Position numbers and translations under genes: made by a program. Below, piece after piece: positions 19,367 through 32,000 of a stretch of DNA of 32,000 nt; the first letter of the stretch is position 1, and every line of letters starts with the position of its first letter. The stretch comes from Pasteurella multocida. GTDB taxonomy: Bacteria; Pseudomonadota; Gammaproteobacteria; Enterobacterales; Pasteurellaceae. The notes beneath the pieces are model-generated. The model was not told where the DNA came from. It searched no databases and was given only the letters and a program-made list of their open reading frames with translations. Where the stretch lies: positions 1,770,001 through 1,802,000 of the forward strand of contig NZ_LT906458.1 of assembly GCF_900187275.1 (NCBI RefSeq), given 5' to 3'.

Positions 19367-19383
19367 TAGCAAACGATTGCGTA
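19367..19383. promoter_or_regulatory. candidate LacI/PurR-family palindromic operator in the glpX-zapB divergent region
   Basis: The sequence is TAGCAAACGATTGCGTA. The reverse strand, ACGCAATCGTTTGCTA, matches 13/16 positions of the PurR-box consensus ACGCAAACGTTTGCGT as I recall it. It has a CG-centred core and lies about 50 bp upstream of the glpX start. Confidence 0.3.
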
Positions 19384-19531
19384 ACGAAAAAATACAAAAA
19401 TGCACAGAATTTTTTCGAACCAAATAAGAAATTATGTTAAGGTGGCAAGCAAAATGATACTCATCTGTTTAACATCCCTGTTAACTAGAGTAAAATAGAC
19501 ACACTTAATTACATTGTAGAGGAATCCTTTT

Positions 19532-19750
19532 ATGTCTTTAGAAATTTTAGATCAGTTAGAAGAAAAAATTAAACAAGCGGTTGAAACTATCCAATTACTT
19601 CAATTGGAAATTGATGAATTAAAAGAAAAAAATAACCAATCTCAACAAGCAAATGACGCATTACGCAGTGAAAATGAACAACTAAAGAGTGAGCACCAAA
19701 ACTGGCAAGAACGTTTACGCTCATTATTAGGCAAAATTGATAACGTATAA
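19532..19750 (+). CDS. zapB: cell division protein ZapB
   Basis: 72-aa all-coiled-coil protein (SLEILDQLEEKIKQAVETIQLLQLEIDELKEKNN...). A GAGGA SD is present. Confidence 0.9.
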   Translation: MSLEILDQLEEKIKQAVETIQLLQLEIDELKEKNNQSQQANDALRSENEQLKSEHQNWQERLRSLLGKIDNV

Positions 19751-19762
19751 TTCACTTCTTAT

Positions 19763-19793
19763 TAAGGCTTAGTTTTTCTAAGCCTTATTTTTT
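19763..19793 (+). terminator. rho-independent terminator after zapB
   Basis: TAAGGCTTAG (19763-19772) pairs with CTAAGCCTTA (19778-19787), followed by T6. Confidence 0.8.
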
Positions 19794-19804
19794 AGGAGAA
19801 ATTA

Positions 19805-20248
19805 ATGAAAACAAAAATTTGTATTATCACTGGCAGTACGCTTGGTGGTGCAGAATATGTTGCAGAACATATTGCTGAAATATTAGAACAACAAGATTAT
19901 CCTGTACGTTTAGAACATGGACCAAATTTTGAAGAAGTGATCGATGAAAAATGTTGGCTTGTTGTCACCTCTACCCATGGTGCAGGTGAATTACCGGATA
20001 ATATTAAACCTCTGTTTGAAAAATTAGCATTTCACCCAAAACAGTTAGCTGACTTACGCTTTGCGGTGATCGGGTTAGGTAATTCGGATTATGATACCTT
20101 CTGTCACGCAGTGGATCATGTGGAACAATTACTGCTAAGCAAAGATGCTTTACAACTGTGTGAATCGCTAAGAATGGATATGCTAACCATTACTGATCCT
20201 GAACACACGGCCGAACAATGGCTCCCACAATTTCTCAGTCAATTATAA
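19805..20248 (+). CDS. mioC: FMN-binding flavodoxin-like protein MioC
   Basis: 147 aa. [19 protein letters not shown]...[14 protein letters not shown]...[15 protein letters not shown] is a flavodoxin-like pattern. The position immediately beside oriC and gidA matches E. coli. Confidence 0.9.
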   Translation: MKTKICIITGSTLGGAEYVAEHIAEILEQQDYPVRLEHGPNFEEVIDEKCWLVVTSTHGAGELPDNIKPLFEKLAFHPKQLADLRFAVIGLGNSDYDTFCHAVDHVEQLLLSKDALQLCESLRMDMLTITDPEHTAEQWLPQFLSQL

Positions 20249-20264
20249 TATTTATTCCCTATAC

Positions 20265-20297
20265 AATGGCATATGTAAATCAAATATGCCATTTTTC
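20265..20297 (+). terminator. rho-independent terminator between mioC and oriC
   Basis: AATGGCATAT (20265-20274) pairs with ATATGCCATT (20284-20293), a 10-bp stem, followed by TTTT. Confidence 0.7.
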
Positions 20298-20343
20298 ATC
20301 TCGATCAAGCATAATATTTAACCAATCAAATCAATATTTTCTC

Positions 20344-20352
20344 TGTGGATAA
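20344..20352 (-). promoter_or_regulatory. DnaA box, perfect TTATCCACA (reverse orientation)
   Basis: TGTGGATAA on the + strand. It is part of a 15-bp direct repeat TCTGTGGATAACTAA (20342-20356). Confidence 0.85.
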
Positions 20353-20415
20353 CTAAGATCAAAACTGTATAAAAGCTGTTTTTATTCCCTGAATAAGATT
20401 GAATGTTTTTTATTC

Positions 20416-20424
20416 TGTGGATAA
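20416..20424 (-). promoter_or_regulatory. DnaA box, perfect TTATCCACA (reverse orientation)
   Basis: TGTGGATAA on the + strand. It belongs to the second copy of TCTGTGGATAACTAA (20414-20428), 72 bp from the first. Confidence 0.85.
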
Positions 20425-20433
20425 CTAAAGAAG

Positions 20434-20442
20434 TTATTCACA
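20434..20442 (+). promoter_or_regulatory. DnaA box TTATTCACA (fits TTATNCACA)
   Basis: Read directly from the sequence. It is convergent with the box at 20416-20424, 9 bp away. Confidence 0.75.
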
Positions 20443-20520
20443 GTTTTTTCTGGTGCCAAATTGAGATCTTAACAACTTAAAAAATGATCTAAGTTATTCA
20501 TTTAAAAAAAGAAAAGGATC

Positions 20521-20529
20521 TTAATCACA
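20521..20529 (+). promoter_or_regulatory. DnaA-box-like TTAATCACA (one mismatch to TTATNCACA) adjacent to the AT-rich unwinding region
   Basis: Read directly from the sequence. It occupies the R1-like position next to the 13-mers. Confidence 0.5.
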
Positions 20530-20561
20530 GCACTATAGGATCCTAATAATCATAATAATAA

Positions 20562-20614
20562 GATCTCTTTATATAAAAAGATCCTATCTTTATTAACTCA
20601 CGATCTTTTTCACG
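20562..20614. other. candidate DNA unwinding element: three GATC-initiated AT-rich 13-mer-like repeats
   Basis: The repeats are GATCTCTTTATAT (20562), GATCCTATCTTTA (20580) and GATCTTTTTCACG (20602). They resemble the E. coli 13-mer pattern GATCTnTTnTTTT. Confidence 0.65.
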
Positions 20615-20735
20615 ATCATCGTACAGTCTTGATCAAAAATGTTTCTTTCATGGATCCATAAATTTCAGTAGAATAGCCAACCAGCAAAAAGGATCAAAAG
20701 ATCCATAAAATCCGAGATAAATTAACAAGGTTACT

Positions 20736-22625
20736 ATGTTTTATACTGAAAATTATGATGTTATTGTGATCGGTGGTGGACACGCAGGTACTGAAGCTGC
20801 ACTTGCACCGGCACGCATGGGACTCAAGACCCTATTATTAACCCATAATGTTGATACACTAGGGCAAATGTCTTGTAATCCTGCGATTGGTGGGATTGGT
20901 AAAGGCCATTTAGTCCGAGAAATTGATGCGATGGGCGGTTTAATGGCAACTGCTGCGGACCAAGCAGGAATCCAATTTCGTACCTTAAACAGCAGCAAAG
21001 GACCGGCGGTACGTGCTACACGTGCGCAAGCTGACCGCGTTTTATATCGCCAAGCAGTACGTATTGCATTAGAAAATCAAGAAAATTTAGATATTTTTCA
21101 ACAAGAAGTGACCGATATTATTTTAGATCAGGATCGTGTCTGCGGTGTTGTTACTAAAATGGGTTTAAAATTTCACGCAAAAGCAGTGATTTTAACAGCC
21201 GGTACTTTCCTTTCTGGTAAGATCCACATTGGTTTAGAAAATTATACAGGTGGACGCGCGGGTGATCCTGCTTCAGTGATGTTAGCCGATCGTTTAAGAG
21301 AACTGAATTTACGTGTAGATCGTTTAAAAACGGGTACACCGCCCCGTATTGATGCACGTACTATTGATTTCTCAATACTGGCTAAACAACATGGCGATGA
21401 AAAATTACCTGTCTTTTCCTTCATGGGATCTGTTGATCAACACCCACGTCAAATTCCATGTTTTATTACCCATACAAATGAACAAACGCATGAAGTGATC
21501 CGTAATAACTTAGATCGCAGCCCAATGTATGCTGGGATCATTGAAGGGATCGGTCCACGTTATTGCCCTTCTATTGAAGATAAAGTAATGCGTTTTTCTG
21601 AGCGTAATTCTCATCAAATCTACCTTGAACCTGAAGGGTTAACCAGTAACGAGATCTATCCAAATGGGATCTCCACCAGTTTACCTTTTGATGTTCAAAT
21701 GAAGATCGTTAATTCAATGAAAGGGATGGAAAAAGCACGCATTATCAAGCCAGGTTATGCAATTGAATACGACTATTTTGATCCAAGAGATCTCAAACCC
21801 ACTTTAGAAACAAAATCGATCCGTGGTTTATTTTTTGCTGGTCAAATTAACGGAACCACGGGTTATGAAGAAGCCGCAGGGCAAGGGTTACTGGCAGGAA
21901 TTAATGCTGGGTTATTTGTACAAGAAAAAGAAGCTTGGTTCCCACGTCGTGATCAAGCATATATCGGTGTTCTTGTTGATGATCTTTGTACTTTAGGGAC
22001 GAAAGAACCTTATCGTGTGTTTACGTCTCGTGCAGAATATCGCTTATTGTTGCGTGAAGATAATGCTGATAGTCGTTTAACACCAATTGCTCATCAATTA
22101 GGTTTAATTGATGAAAAACGTTGGGCAAGATTCAATCAAAAAATGGAAAATATTGAATTAGAAAGACAACGTTTACGCCAAATTTGGCTCCACCCACGTT
22201 CTGAATATTTAGACGAAGCAAATAAGGTCTTAGGTAGTCCATTAGTGCGTGAAGCCAGTGGGGAAGATTTATTACGTCGCCCAGAAATGAATTATCAGAT
22301 TTTAACTTCATTAACGCCATTCCAACCAGCAATGGATGATCAAGAGGCGGTAGAACAAGTAGAAATTGCGATTAAATATCAAGGTTATATTGAACATCAA
22401 CAAGAAGAAATTGCACGTCAAAAACGGCATGAAAGTACCGCGATTCCTGCTCATTTTGATTATACTGTCGTATCTGGTTTATCCAATGAAGTACGTGCTA
22501 AGTTAGAGCAACATCGCCCTGTTTCCATTGGACAAGCTTCGCGTATTTCTGGTGTAACTCCAGCGGCGATTTCAATTTTATTAGTAAGCTTGAAAAAACA
22601 AGGCATGTTAAAGCGTGGTGAATAA
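20736..22625 (+). CDS. mnmG: tRNA uridine-5-carboxymethylaminomethyl(34) synthesis enzyme MnmG (GidA)
   Basis: 629 aa. [16 protein letters not shown]...[24 protein letters not shown]...[11 protein letters not shown]...[16 protein letters not shown] are classic MnmG motifs. Confidence 0.99.
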   Translation: MFYTENYDVIVIGGGHAGTEAALAPARMGLKTLLLTHNVDTLGQMSCNPAIGGIGKGHLVREIDAMGGLMATAADQAGIQFRTLNSSKGPAVRATRAQADRVLYRQAVRIALENQENLDIFQQEVTDIILDQDRVCGVVTKMGLKFHAKAVILTAGTFLSGKIHIGLENYTGGRAGDPASVMLADRLRELNLRVDRLKTGTPPRIDARTIDFSILAKQHGDEKLPVFSFMGSVDQHPRQIPCFITHTNEQTHEVIRNNLDRSPMYAGIIEGIGPRYCPSIEDKVMRFSERNSHQIYLEPEGLTSNEIYPNGISTSLPFDVQMKIVNSMKGMEKARIIKPGYAIEYDYFDPRDLKPTLETKSIRGLFFAGQINGTTGYEEAAGQGLLAGINAGLFVQEKEAWFPRRDQAYIGVLVDDLCTLGTKEPYRVFTSRAEYRLLLREDNADSRLTPIAHQLGLIDEKRWARFNQKMENIELERQRLRQIWLHPRSEYLDEANKVLGSPLVREASGEDLLRRPEMNYQILTSLTPFQPAMDDQEAVEQVEIAIKYQGYIEHQQEEIARQKRHESTAIPAHFDYTVVSGLSNEVRAKLEQHRPVSIGQASRISGVTPAAISILLVSLKKQGMLKRGE

Positions 22626-23257
22626 TGACTAACCTTGAGCAACAACTTAGCCAAAAATTAGAAATTTTATTAAAACAGACCGCACTTTCGATAACCGATC
22701 AACAGAAAGAGCAGTTAATAAAATTGGTTTTATTATTAAATAAGTGGAATAAAGCCTATAATCTCACTTCTGTACGTGATCCGATGGAAATGTTGGTAAA
22801 GCATATCTTAGACAGTGTTGTGGTGAGCCCTCATTTACAAGGTAAACATTTTATTGATGTTGGTACAGGTCCTGGCTTACCGGGATTACCGCTTGCTATT
22901 GTTAATCCTAATAAACACTTTGTACTTTTAGACAGTTTGGGTAAACGAATTAGTTTTATTCGTAATGCGATTCGTGAGTTAGGCTTAGATAATGTTGAAG
23001 CCGTACTAAGCCGAGTTGAAGAATATCATCCAGAACAACCATTTGATGGTGTATTAAGTCGTGCTTTTGCTTCTTTAAAAGATATGACGGATTGGTGTCA
23101 ACATTTACCAAAACAAGATGGTTATTTTTATGCCTTAAAAGGGCTTTACCATCAAGAAGAAGTGGAAGAATTAAGTGAAAAGTTTACTATTCAACAGGTG
23201 ATTCGACTACAAGTGCCAGAGCTGATTGGAGAAAGACATTTAGTGATTGTTAAGTAA
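22625..23257 (+). CDS. rsmG: 16S rRNA (guanine527-N7)-methyltransferase RsmG (GidB)
   Basis: 210 aa. [22 protein letters not shown]....[16 protein letters not shown] is the RsmG pattern. Its start overlaps the mnmG stop (TAATG). Confidence 0.97.
   Translation: MTNLEQQLSQKLEILLKQTALSITDQQKEQLIKLVLLLNKWNKAYNLTSVRDPMEMLVKHILDSVVVSPHLQGKHFIDVGTGPGLPGLPLAIVNPNKHFVLLDSLGKRISFIRNAIRELGLDNVEAVLSRVEEYHPEQPFDGVLSRAFASLKDMTDWCQHLPKQDGYFYALKGLYHQEEVEELSEKFTIQQVIRLQVPELIGERHLVIVK
22679..22687 (-). repeat. uptake signal sequence (USS) core 9-mer
   Basis: ACCGCACTT, inside rsmG. Confidence 0.85.
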
Positions 23258-23288
23258 ACTTTAAAGGAATGTTTAAAAAATATAATTT

Positions 23289-23304
23289 TGTGATCTTGTT
23301 CACA
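23289..23304. promoter_or_regulatory. consensus CRP (cAMP receptor protein) binding site upstream of the atp operon
   Basis: TGTGA-TCTTGT-TCACA has both half-sites perfect with a 6-bp spacer, within TTTTGTGATCTTGTTCACATAT. A perfect TATAAT lies at 23337-23342, with only a weak -35 (TTCTAA). The atpI ATG is at 23395. Confidence 0.6.
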
Positions 23305-23394
23305 TATTTTAATTTCTAATAGTATTAAAACTAGCGTATAATCCACAGCAATTTTGTTTTTATTTATACTGTTTCAATGCAGTGAATACAGGTA

Positions 23395-24918
<1,524 letters not shown>

Positions 24919-24997
24919 TTATTGATTTGCGAATAGGTGCAAATAATTACTCTGTTACAGAGTAATATAAACAATGATTATATAAGGAGGAGTGGTT

Positions 24998-25468
24998 GTG
25001 AATTTAAATGCAACACTAATTGGTCAACTTATCGCGTTCGCAATTTTTGTTGCGTTCTGTATGAAATTTGTTTGGCCGCCAATTATTAAAGCGATTGAAG
25101 AGCGTCAACGTTCAATTGCAAATGCGTTAGCATCGGCAGAAGCGGCGAGAAAAGAGCAAGCAGATACGAAAGCTTTAGTTGAGCAAGAAATTACTGAAGC
25201 CAAAATGCAAGCGCAGCAAATTATTGATTTAGCGAATAAACGTCGCAATGAAATTTTAGAAGAAGTCAAAGTAGAAGCTGAAGCAACAAAAACGAAAATT
25301 ATTGAACAAGGTTATGCTGAAGTAGAAGCAGAGCGTAAACGTGTTCAAGAAGAATTACGTGTTAAAGTTGCATCGCTTGCGATTGCGGGTGCTGAGAAAA
25401 TTGTGGGTCGTACAGTTGATGAAGCGGCAAACAGTGACATTATTGATAAATTAGTTGCAGAACTATAA
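24998..25468 (+). CDS. atpF: F0F1 ATP synthase subunit b
   Basis: The GTG start at 24998 lies 7 nt after AAGGAGG. The product begins (M)[27 protein letters not shown] and is 156 aa, as in E. coli AtpF. Confidence 0.97.
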   Translation: MNLNATLIGQLIAFAIFVAFCMKFVWPPIIKAIEERQRSIANALASAEAARKEQADTKALVEQEITEAKMQAQQIIDLANKRRNEILEEVKVEAEATKTKIIEQGYAEVEAERKRVQEELRVKVASLAIAGAEKIVGRTVDEAANSDIIDKLVAEL

Positions 25469-25481
25469 GAAGGTTGGGCTT

Positions 25482-26015
25482 ATGTCAGAATTAACTACAA
25501 TAGCTCGCCCTTATGCCAAAGCAGCATTTGATTTTGCTATTGAGCAAAATACAGTAGAAAAATGGGCGAATATGTTGCATTTTTCATCCGAATTAATCAA
25601 AGATGAAACAATGCAAACTTTTCTAAAAAGCTCACTTTCTGCTAGTAAACTTGCCGATACAGTAATTTCAATTTGTGGCGAACAACTTGATCAATATGGG
25701 CAAAATCTTATTCGGTTAATGGCTGAAAATAAGCGTTTGGAAGTGCTTCCTGCTATCTATCAAGCATTTCAACATTATGTTGAAGAGCACCAAAAAGTAG
25801 CAGAAGTTCAGGTCATATCAGCACAACCATTAAATGCAACGCAAGAGCAAAAAATTGCTAGCGCAATGGAAAAAAGATTGGCTCGTAAAGTTAAATTAAA
25901 TTGTAGCTTAGATAGTTCACTGATCGCAGGTGTAATTATTCGTACAGATGATTTTGTTATTGATGGAAGTAGTCGCGGACAACTGTCTCGTCTAGCAAAT
26001 GAGCTGCAATTATAA
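25482..26015 (+). CDS. atpH: F0F1 ATP synthase subunit delta
   Basis: I prefer the ATG at 25482 ([19 protein letters not shown]..., 177 aa) over the 25455 ORF-track start, which overlaps atpF. Confidence 0.96.
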   Translation: MSELTTIARPYAKAAFDFAIEQNTVEKWANMLHFSSELIKDETMQTFLKSSLSASKLADTVISICGEQLDQYGQNLIRLMAENKRLEVLPAIYQAFQHYVEEHQKVAEVQVISAQPLNATQEQKIASAMEKRLARKVKLNCSLDSSLIAGVIIRTDDFVIDGSSRGQLSRLANELQL

Positions 26016-26027
26016 GAGGAATAAAAA

Positions 26028-27569
26028 ATGCAACTAAATTCTACAGAAATTAGTGAATTGATTAAAAAACGCATTGCCCAATTCGATGTTGTGAGTGAAG
26101 CTCGTAATACGGGGACAATCGTTTCTGTGAGTGACGGAATTATCCGTATTCACGGTTTAAGTGAAGTGATGCAAGGGGAAATGATTGCATTACCAGGCAA
26201 TCGCTATGCGATGGCGCTTAACCTTGAGAGAGATTCTGTGGGTGCAGTAGTAATGGGACCTTATGCAGATCTTGCTGAAGGAATGGAAGTTCAATGTACA
26301 GGTCGTATTCTTGAAGTCCCAGTTGGTCGTGGCTTACTAGGTCGTGTCGTCAATACATTAGGTGAGCCAATCGATGGAAAAGGTGAGATCGAAAACGATG
26401 GTTTTTCACCAGTTGAAGTGATCGCACCAGGTGTTATCGATCGTAAATCGGTTGATCAACCAGTACAAACTGGTTATAAAGCGGTTGACTCCATGGTACC
26501 AATCGGTCGTGGTCAGCGTGAATTAATTATAGGTGACCGTCAAACCGGTAAAACGGCATTAGCCATTGACGCCATCATCAATCAACGTGATTCAGGTATC
26601 AAATGTATTTATGTTGCAATTGGTCAAAAAGCATCAACTATTGCTAACGTAGTACGTAAATTAGAAGAACATGGTGCCTTACAAAATACAATCGTTGTTG
26701 TTGCATCAGCATCAGAATCTGCTGCTTTACAATATTTAGCACCATATTCTGGTTGTGCGATGGGTGAATATTTCCGTGATCGTGGTGAAGATGCATTAAT
26801 CATTTATGATGATTTATCAAAACAAGCCGTTGCGTATCGTCAAATTTCATTATTATTACGTCGCCCACCAGGTCGTGAAGCATTCCCAGGGGATGTTTTC
26901 TATTTACACTCTCGTTTACTTGAGCGTGCTTCTCGCGTAAATGAAGAATATGTTGAGCGTTTCACGAATGGTGAAGTAAAAGGAAAAACGGGTTCTTTAA
27001 CCGCACTTCCAATTATTGAAACTCAAGCGGGTGACGTTTCTGCGTTCGTTCCAACTAACGTGATTTCGATTACTGATGGTCAGATTTTCTTAGAATCTAA
27101 TTTATTTAACTCAGGTATTCGCCCTGCGGTAAACCCAGGTATTTCGGTATCTCGTGTAGGTGGTTCAGCGCAAACTAAAGTAATTAAAAAATTAGCAGGT
27201 GGTATTCGTACTGCACTTGCACAATATCGTGAATTAGCGGCATTTGCTCAGTTCGCTTCGGATCTTGATGATGCAACACGTAAGCAATTATCACATGGTC
27301 AAAAAGTAACTGAATTATTGAAACAAAAACAATACTCTCCGTTATCTGTAGCACAACAAGCATTAGTGTTATTTGCAGTAGAGTTTGGTTACTTAGAAGA
27401 AGTGGACTTAGATCGTATTGGTTCATTTGAATCAGCACTTTTAGAGTATGCTAACCATAACTATGCTGATTTTATGCGTGAGTTAACCCAATCTGGCAAT
27501 TACAATGATGAAATTAAAGAGTCATTAAAAGGCATTTTGGATAGCTTCAAAGCAAACAGTGCGTGGTAA
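26028..27569 (+). CDS. atpA: F0F1 ATP synthase subunit alpha
   Basis: 513 aa with Walker A GDRQTGKT and the overall AtpA sequence. Confidence 0.99.
   Translation: MQLNSTEISELIKKRIAQFDVVSEARNTGTIVSVSDGIIRIHGLSEVMQGEMIALPGNRYAMALNLERDSVGAVVMGPYADLAEGMEVQCTGRILEVPVGRGLLGRVVNTLGEPIDGKGEIENDGFSPVEVIAPGVIDRKSVDQPVQTGYKAVDSMVPIGRGQRELIIGDRQTGKTALAIDAIINQRDSGIKCIYVAIGQKASTIANVVRKLEEHGALQNTIVVVASASESAALQYLAPYSGCAMGEYFRDRGEDALIIYDDLSKQAVAYRQISLLLRRPPGREAFPGDVFYLHSRLLERASRVNEEYVERFTNGEVKGKTGSLTALPIIETQAGDVSAFVPTNVISITDGQIFLESNLFNSGIRPAVNPGISVSRVGGSAQTKVIKKLAGGIRTALAQYRELAAFAQFASDLDDATRKQLSHGQKVTELLKQKQYSPLSVAQQALVLFAVEFGYLEEVDLDRIGSFESALLEYANHNYADFMRELTQSGNYNDEIKESLKGILDSFKANSAW
27000..27008 (-). repeat. 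uptake signal sequence (USS) core 9-mer
   Basis: ACCGCACTT, inside atpA. Confidence 0.85.
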
Positions 27570-27595
27570 GTTAACACTTTAAATGGAGAGACAAA

Positions 27596-29856
<2,261 letters not shown>

Positions 29857-29896
29857 TTGCTTCTGAAAGCAACTAATCAGGCTTGAAGGAGAAAAA

Positions 29897-30325
29897 ATGT
29901 CAGTATTTAACTTAACCGTAGTAAGTGCAGAGCAACAGATTTTTTCTGGTCAAGTAGAGAGTATTCAAGCAACAGGTATTGAGGGTGAACTGGGTATTTT
30001 AGCTGGTCACACCCCACTCCTTACGGCGATTAAACCCGGTATTGTGAAATTAACTCTTGAAGACGGAAAAGAAGAAGTGATCTATGTCTCGGGTGGTTTT
30101 TTAGAAGTTCAACCCAATGTGGTTACCGTATTAGCGGATACGGCGATTCGTGGTGATGAATTAGATGGCGATCGTATTTTAGCTGCTAAAAAACGTGCAG
30201 AAGAAAATATTCGTACGCGTCATGGCGATGCTAATTATGAAATGTTGGCGTCGAAACTGTCTAAAGAATTAGCGAAACTCCGTGCTTATGAATTAACGGA
30301 AAAATTAGTTAAAAATAAACGCTAA
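29897..30325 (+). CDS. atpC: F0F1 ATP synthase subunit epsilon
   Basis: 142 aa. It is the last gene of the operon. The motif [16 protein letters not shown] is present. Confidence 0.97.
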   Translation: MSVFNLTVVSAEQQIFSGQVESIQATGIEGELGILAGHTPLLTAIKPGIVKLTLEDGKEEVIYVSGGFLEVQPNVVTVLADTAIRGDELDGDRILAAKKRAEENIRTRHGDANYEMLASKLSKELAKLRAYELTEKLVKNKR

Positions 30326-30329
30326 TTTG

Positions 30330-30338
30330 ACCGCACTT
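30330..30338 (-). repeat. uptake signal sequence (USS) core 9-mer
   Basis: ACCGCACTT, just after the atpC stop. Confidence 0.85.
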
Positions 30339-30348
30339 TAAATACCAA

Positions 30349-30378
30349 AAAGACCACATCATGTGGTCTTTCTTTTTC
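30349..30378. terminator. atp operon terminator (bidirectional, shared with the convergent tusA)
   Basis: AAAGACCACAT (30349-30359) pairs with ATGTGGTCTTT (30361-30371), followed by CTTTTTC. A USS sits just upstream at 30330-30338. Confidence 0.8.
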
Positions 30379-30382
30379 AATT

Positions 30383-30622
30383 TTATTTGCCTTTTTTTAC
30401 CCAATATTGAAAGGGAATATGTTCAATCTCACTTTTTAACAGTGTGTGTTCCATAAATTGACAAAAACTGGGAATATCTCTTGTTGTTGCTGGATCATCC
30501 GCGATAACTAATAAAACATCGCCTTCCTCTAAAAAACGGATGTGTTTTCTCACCAGCATAACTGGCTCAGGACAGCGTAGGCCTAATGTATCTAATGTTT
30601 GTGCTACCCTAATCTCATTCAT
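30383..30622 (-). CDS. tusA: sulfurtransferase TusA
   Basis: 79 aa. [17 protein letters not shown] contains the CPxP active-site motif, and the SirA-like fold pattern is present. Confidence 0.92.
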   Translation of the reverse strand: MNEIRVAQTLDTLGLRCPEPVMLVRKHIRFLEEGDVLLVIADDPATTRDIPSFCQFMEHTLLKSEIEHIPFQYWVKKGK

Positions 30623-30699
30623 TGATTTTTATCATTGGTTGGCTATATTTAGGCGGTATAATACACCAAACTCAAATTGCGTAAAAGTTCAATAAAACA

Positions 30700-31308
30700 A
30701 TGATTGAATATAAAATCCCAAAAAGTGCGGTCATTTTTGAAGAAGAAATCAAAAAAAGCCGTTTCATCACTTATCTTCAACATGTAGAAAACCTAACACA
30801 AGCAAAGGCATTTTGGCAACAAATCAAATCCCAACACCCTCAAGCACGTCATCATTGTTGGGCAACCATTGCTGGCGCGCCCAATGATTCACAACAATTT
30901 GGTTTTTCCGATGATGGCGAACCGGCTGGTACAGCGGGTAAGCCGATGTTGTCTGCTTTACAAGGCAGTAAGATTGGTGAAATTTGTGCTGTGGTTGTGC
31001 GTTATTATGGCGGCATTTTATTGGGAACGGGAGGGTTAGTCCGTGCTTATGGCAACGGTGTGCAACAAGCACTGACGTTATTAGAAACCGCAGTAAAAGT
31101 GCAACGTCAATCTTACAAAGTGCACTGTGATTATAGTCATATTAATGCGTTACAACTGCTTTGTGAAAAACAGGATGTGATGATCATAAATCAACATTTT
31201 GTTGATCGTGTAGCATTTGAGTTAGGGATCAGAGATGATAAACTGACAGCATTTGAACAAGCCTTAATTGAACGTTTTAGTGGACAGTTACAATTAGAAA
31301 GAGAGTAA
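30700..31308 (+). CDS. yigZ: YigZ family (IMPACT/UPF0029) protein
   Basis: 202 aa. EEEIKKSRFI...HHCWA......FSDDGEPAGTAGKPML..L.......AVVVRYYGGILLGTGGLVRAYG is the characteristic pattern. The gene is followed by trkH, as in E. coli. Confidence 0.9.
   Translation: MIEYKIPKSAVIFEEEIKKSRFITYLQHVENLTQAKAFWQQIKSQHPQARHHCWATIAGAPNDSQQFGFSDDGEPAGTAGKPMLSALQGSKIGEICAVVVRYYGGILLGTGGLVRAYGNGVQQALTLLETAVKVQRQSYKVHCDYSHINALQLLCEKQDVMIINQHFVDRVAFELGIRDDKLTAFEQALIERFSGQLQLERE
30723..30731 (+). repeat. uptake signal sequence (USS) core 9-mer
   Basis: AAGTGCGGT, inside the yigZ 5' end. Confidence 0.85.
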
Positions 31309-31311
31309 ATT

Positions 31312-32000
31312 TTGAGAATATTATCCATTATCCGTATTGTTGGCATTCTTGTGATGTGTTTTTCCCTCACCATGTTAGCACCTGCTTTTGTGGCATTACT
31401 CTATGGTGATGGAGGCGGTAAAGCGTTTATGCAGACTTTTGTAATGAGTGCTATTGTTGGTATGTTATTGTGGTGGCCTTGTCATCACCATAAAGAAGAA
31501 TTACGTTCTCGAGATGGCTTTTTAATTGTGGTGGCATTTTGGTTAGTACTCGGCAGCATCGGGGCCATTCCATTCATGTTGTTTGAGAAACCGCACCTGT
31601 CTTTTTCCTCGGCAATTTTTGAGTCATTTTCTGGCTTAACTACCACGGGTGCTACTGTCATCGAAGGTTTAGACCAACTTCCAAAAGCGATTTTATTTTA
31701 TCGACAGTTACTCCAATGGCTAGGCGGGATGGGGATCATTGTATTAGCGGTAGCGATTATTCCTTTATTAGGTATAGGTGGTACACAGTTATATCGTGCA
31801 GAGTCCTCCGGTCCTTTAAAAGAACAAAAATTACGCCCACGTATTGCTGAAGTAGCAAAACTTCTGTGGATTTTATATTTCTCTCTCACGGTTCTTTGTG
31901 CAATAGCGTATTGGTTTGCTGGCATGAATGCATTTGATGCCATTGGACACAGTTTTTCTACGGTAGCGAACGGTGGATTTTCAACCCATGATGCAAGTAT
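31312..32000 (+). CDS. trkH: potassium uptake protein TrkH, 3'-truncated by window edge
   Basis: This gene is not in the ORF track because it has no stop in the window. The frame is open from a TTG at 31312, with GAAAGAGAG upstream, 3 nt after the yigZ stop. It translates as (M)[42 protein letters not shown]...[45 protein letters not shown]...[18 protein letters not shown]. This is collinear with E. coli TrkH as I recall it. Confidence 0.9.
   Translation, partial: MRILSIIRIVGILVMCFSLTMLAPAFVALLYGDGGGKAFMQTFVMSAIVGMLLWWPCHHHKEELRSRDGFLIVVAFWLVLGSIGAIPFMLFEKPHLSFSSAIFESFSGLTTTGATVIEGLDQLPKAILFYRQLLQWLGGMGIIVLAVAIIPLLGIGGTQLYRAESSGPLKEQKLRPRIAEVAKLLWILYFSLTVLCAIAYWFAGMNAFDAIGHSFSTVANGGFSTHDAS

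Larger units (their letters stand above)
20298..20735. other. oriC: chromosomal replication origin (oriC)
   Basis: This is the 487-bp non-coding gap between mioC and mnmG(gidA), the same position as in E. coli. It holds 14 GATC sites between 20303 and 20703. There are two perfect DnaA boxes and two near-consensus boxes. Three GATC-initiated AT-rich 13-mer-like elements lie on the gidA-proximal side. Confidence 0.9.

Noticed and set aside
20753-21424. Three minus-strand ORFs (81, 67 and 60 aa) inside mnmG
   Set aside because: They are antisense shadow ORFs within a strongly conserved gene, with no RBS and no recognisable motifs.

Overview
This window is the origin-proximal chromosomal region of a Pasteurellaceae-type genome. 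That assignment rests on 13 perfect Hin-type uptake signal sequences (AAGTGCGGT/ACCGCACTT), several of them paired into terminator hairpins. The backbone is conserved housekeeping. It includes a 5'-truncated pabC-like gene, ridA, gyrB, glpX, zapB and mioC. An oriC follows (about 20300-20735), with DnaA boxes, 14 GATC sites and GATC-initiated AT-rich 13-mers. Downstream are mnmG(gidA)-rsmG(gidB), the complete atpIBEFHAGDC operon, tusA, yigZ and the 5' part of trkH. No rRNA, tRNA, CRISPR array, transposase or integrase was seen. Several accessory or less ordinary parts stand out. (1) An HxlR-family regulator is split into two ORFs by a perfect heptanucleotide tract (GGAAAAT)x6, so it is a candidate phase-variable transcription factor. 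It sits with a downstream PEBP/YbhB gene and a divergent FMN reductase. (2) A five-gene sulfide oxidation/detoxification cluster lies between gyrB and glpX. It comprises a type II SQR with a Tat-like leader, a small unknown membrane protein, an MBL-fold persulfide dioxygenase, a YgaP-like membrane rhodanese and a very AT-rich YgaV/BigR-like ArsR repressor gene. (3) Two large polytopic membrane proteins of unknown function are divergently transcribed: one resembles the family historically named 'site-specific recombinase', the other resembles DUF4153. (4) A CydDC-like heterodimeric ABC exporter pair is present. All family assignments come from reading the translations and recalling motifs. No database search was run.
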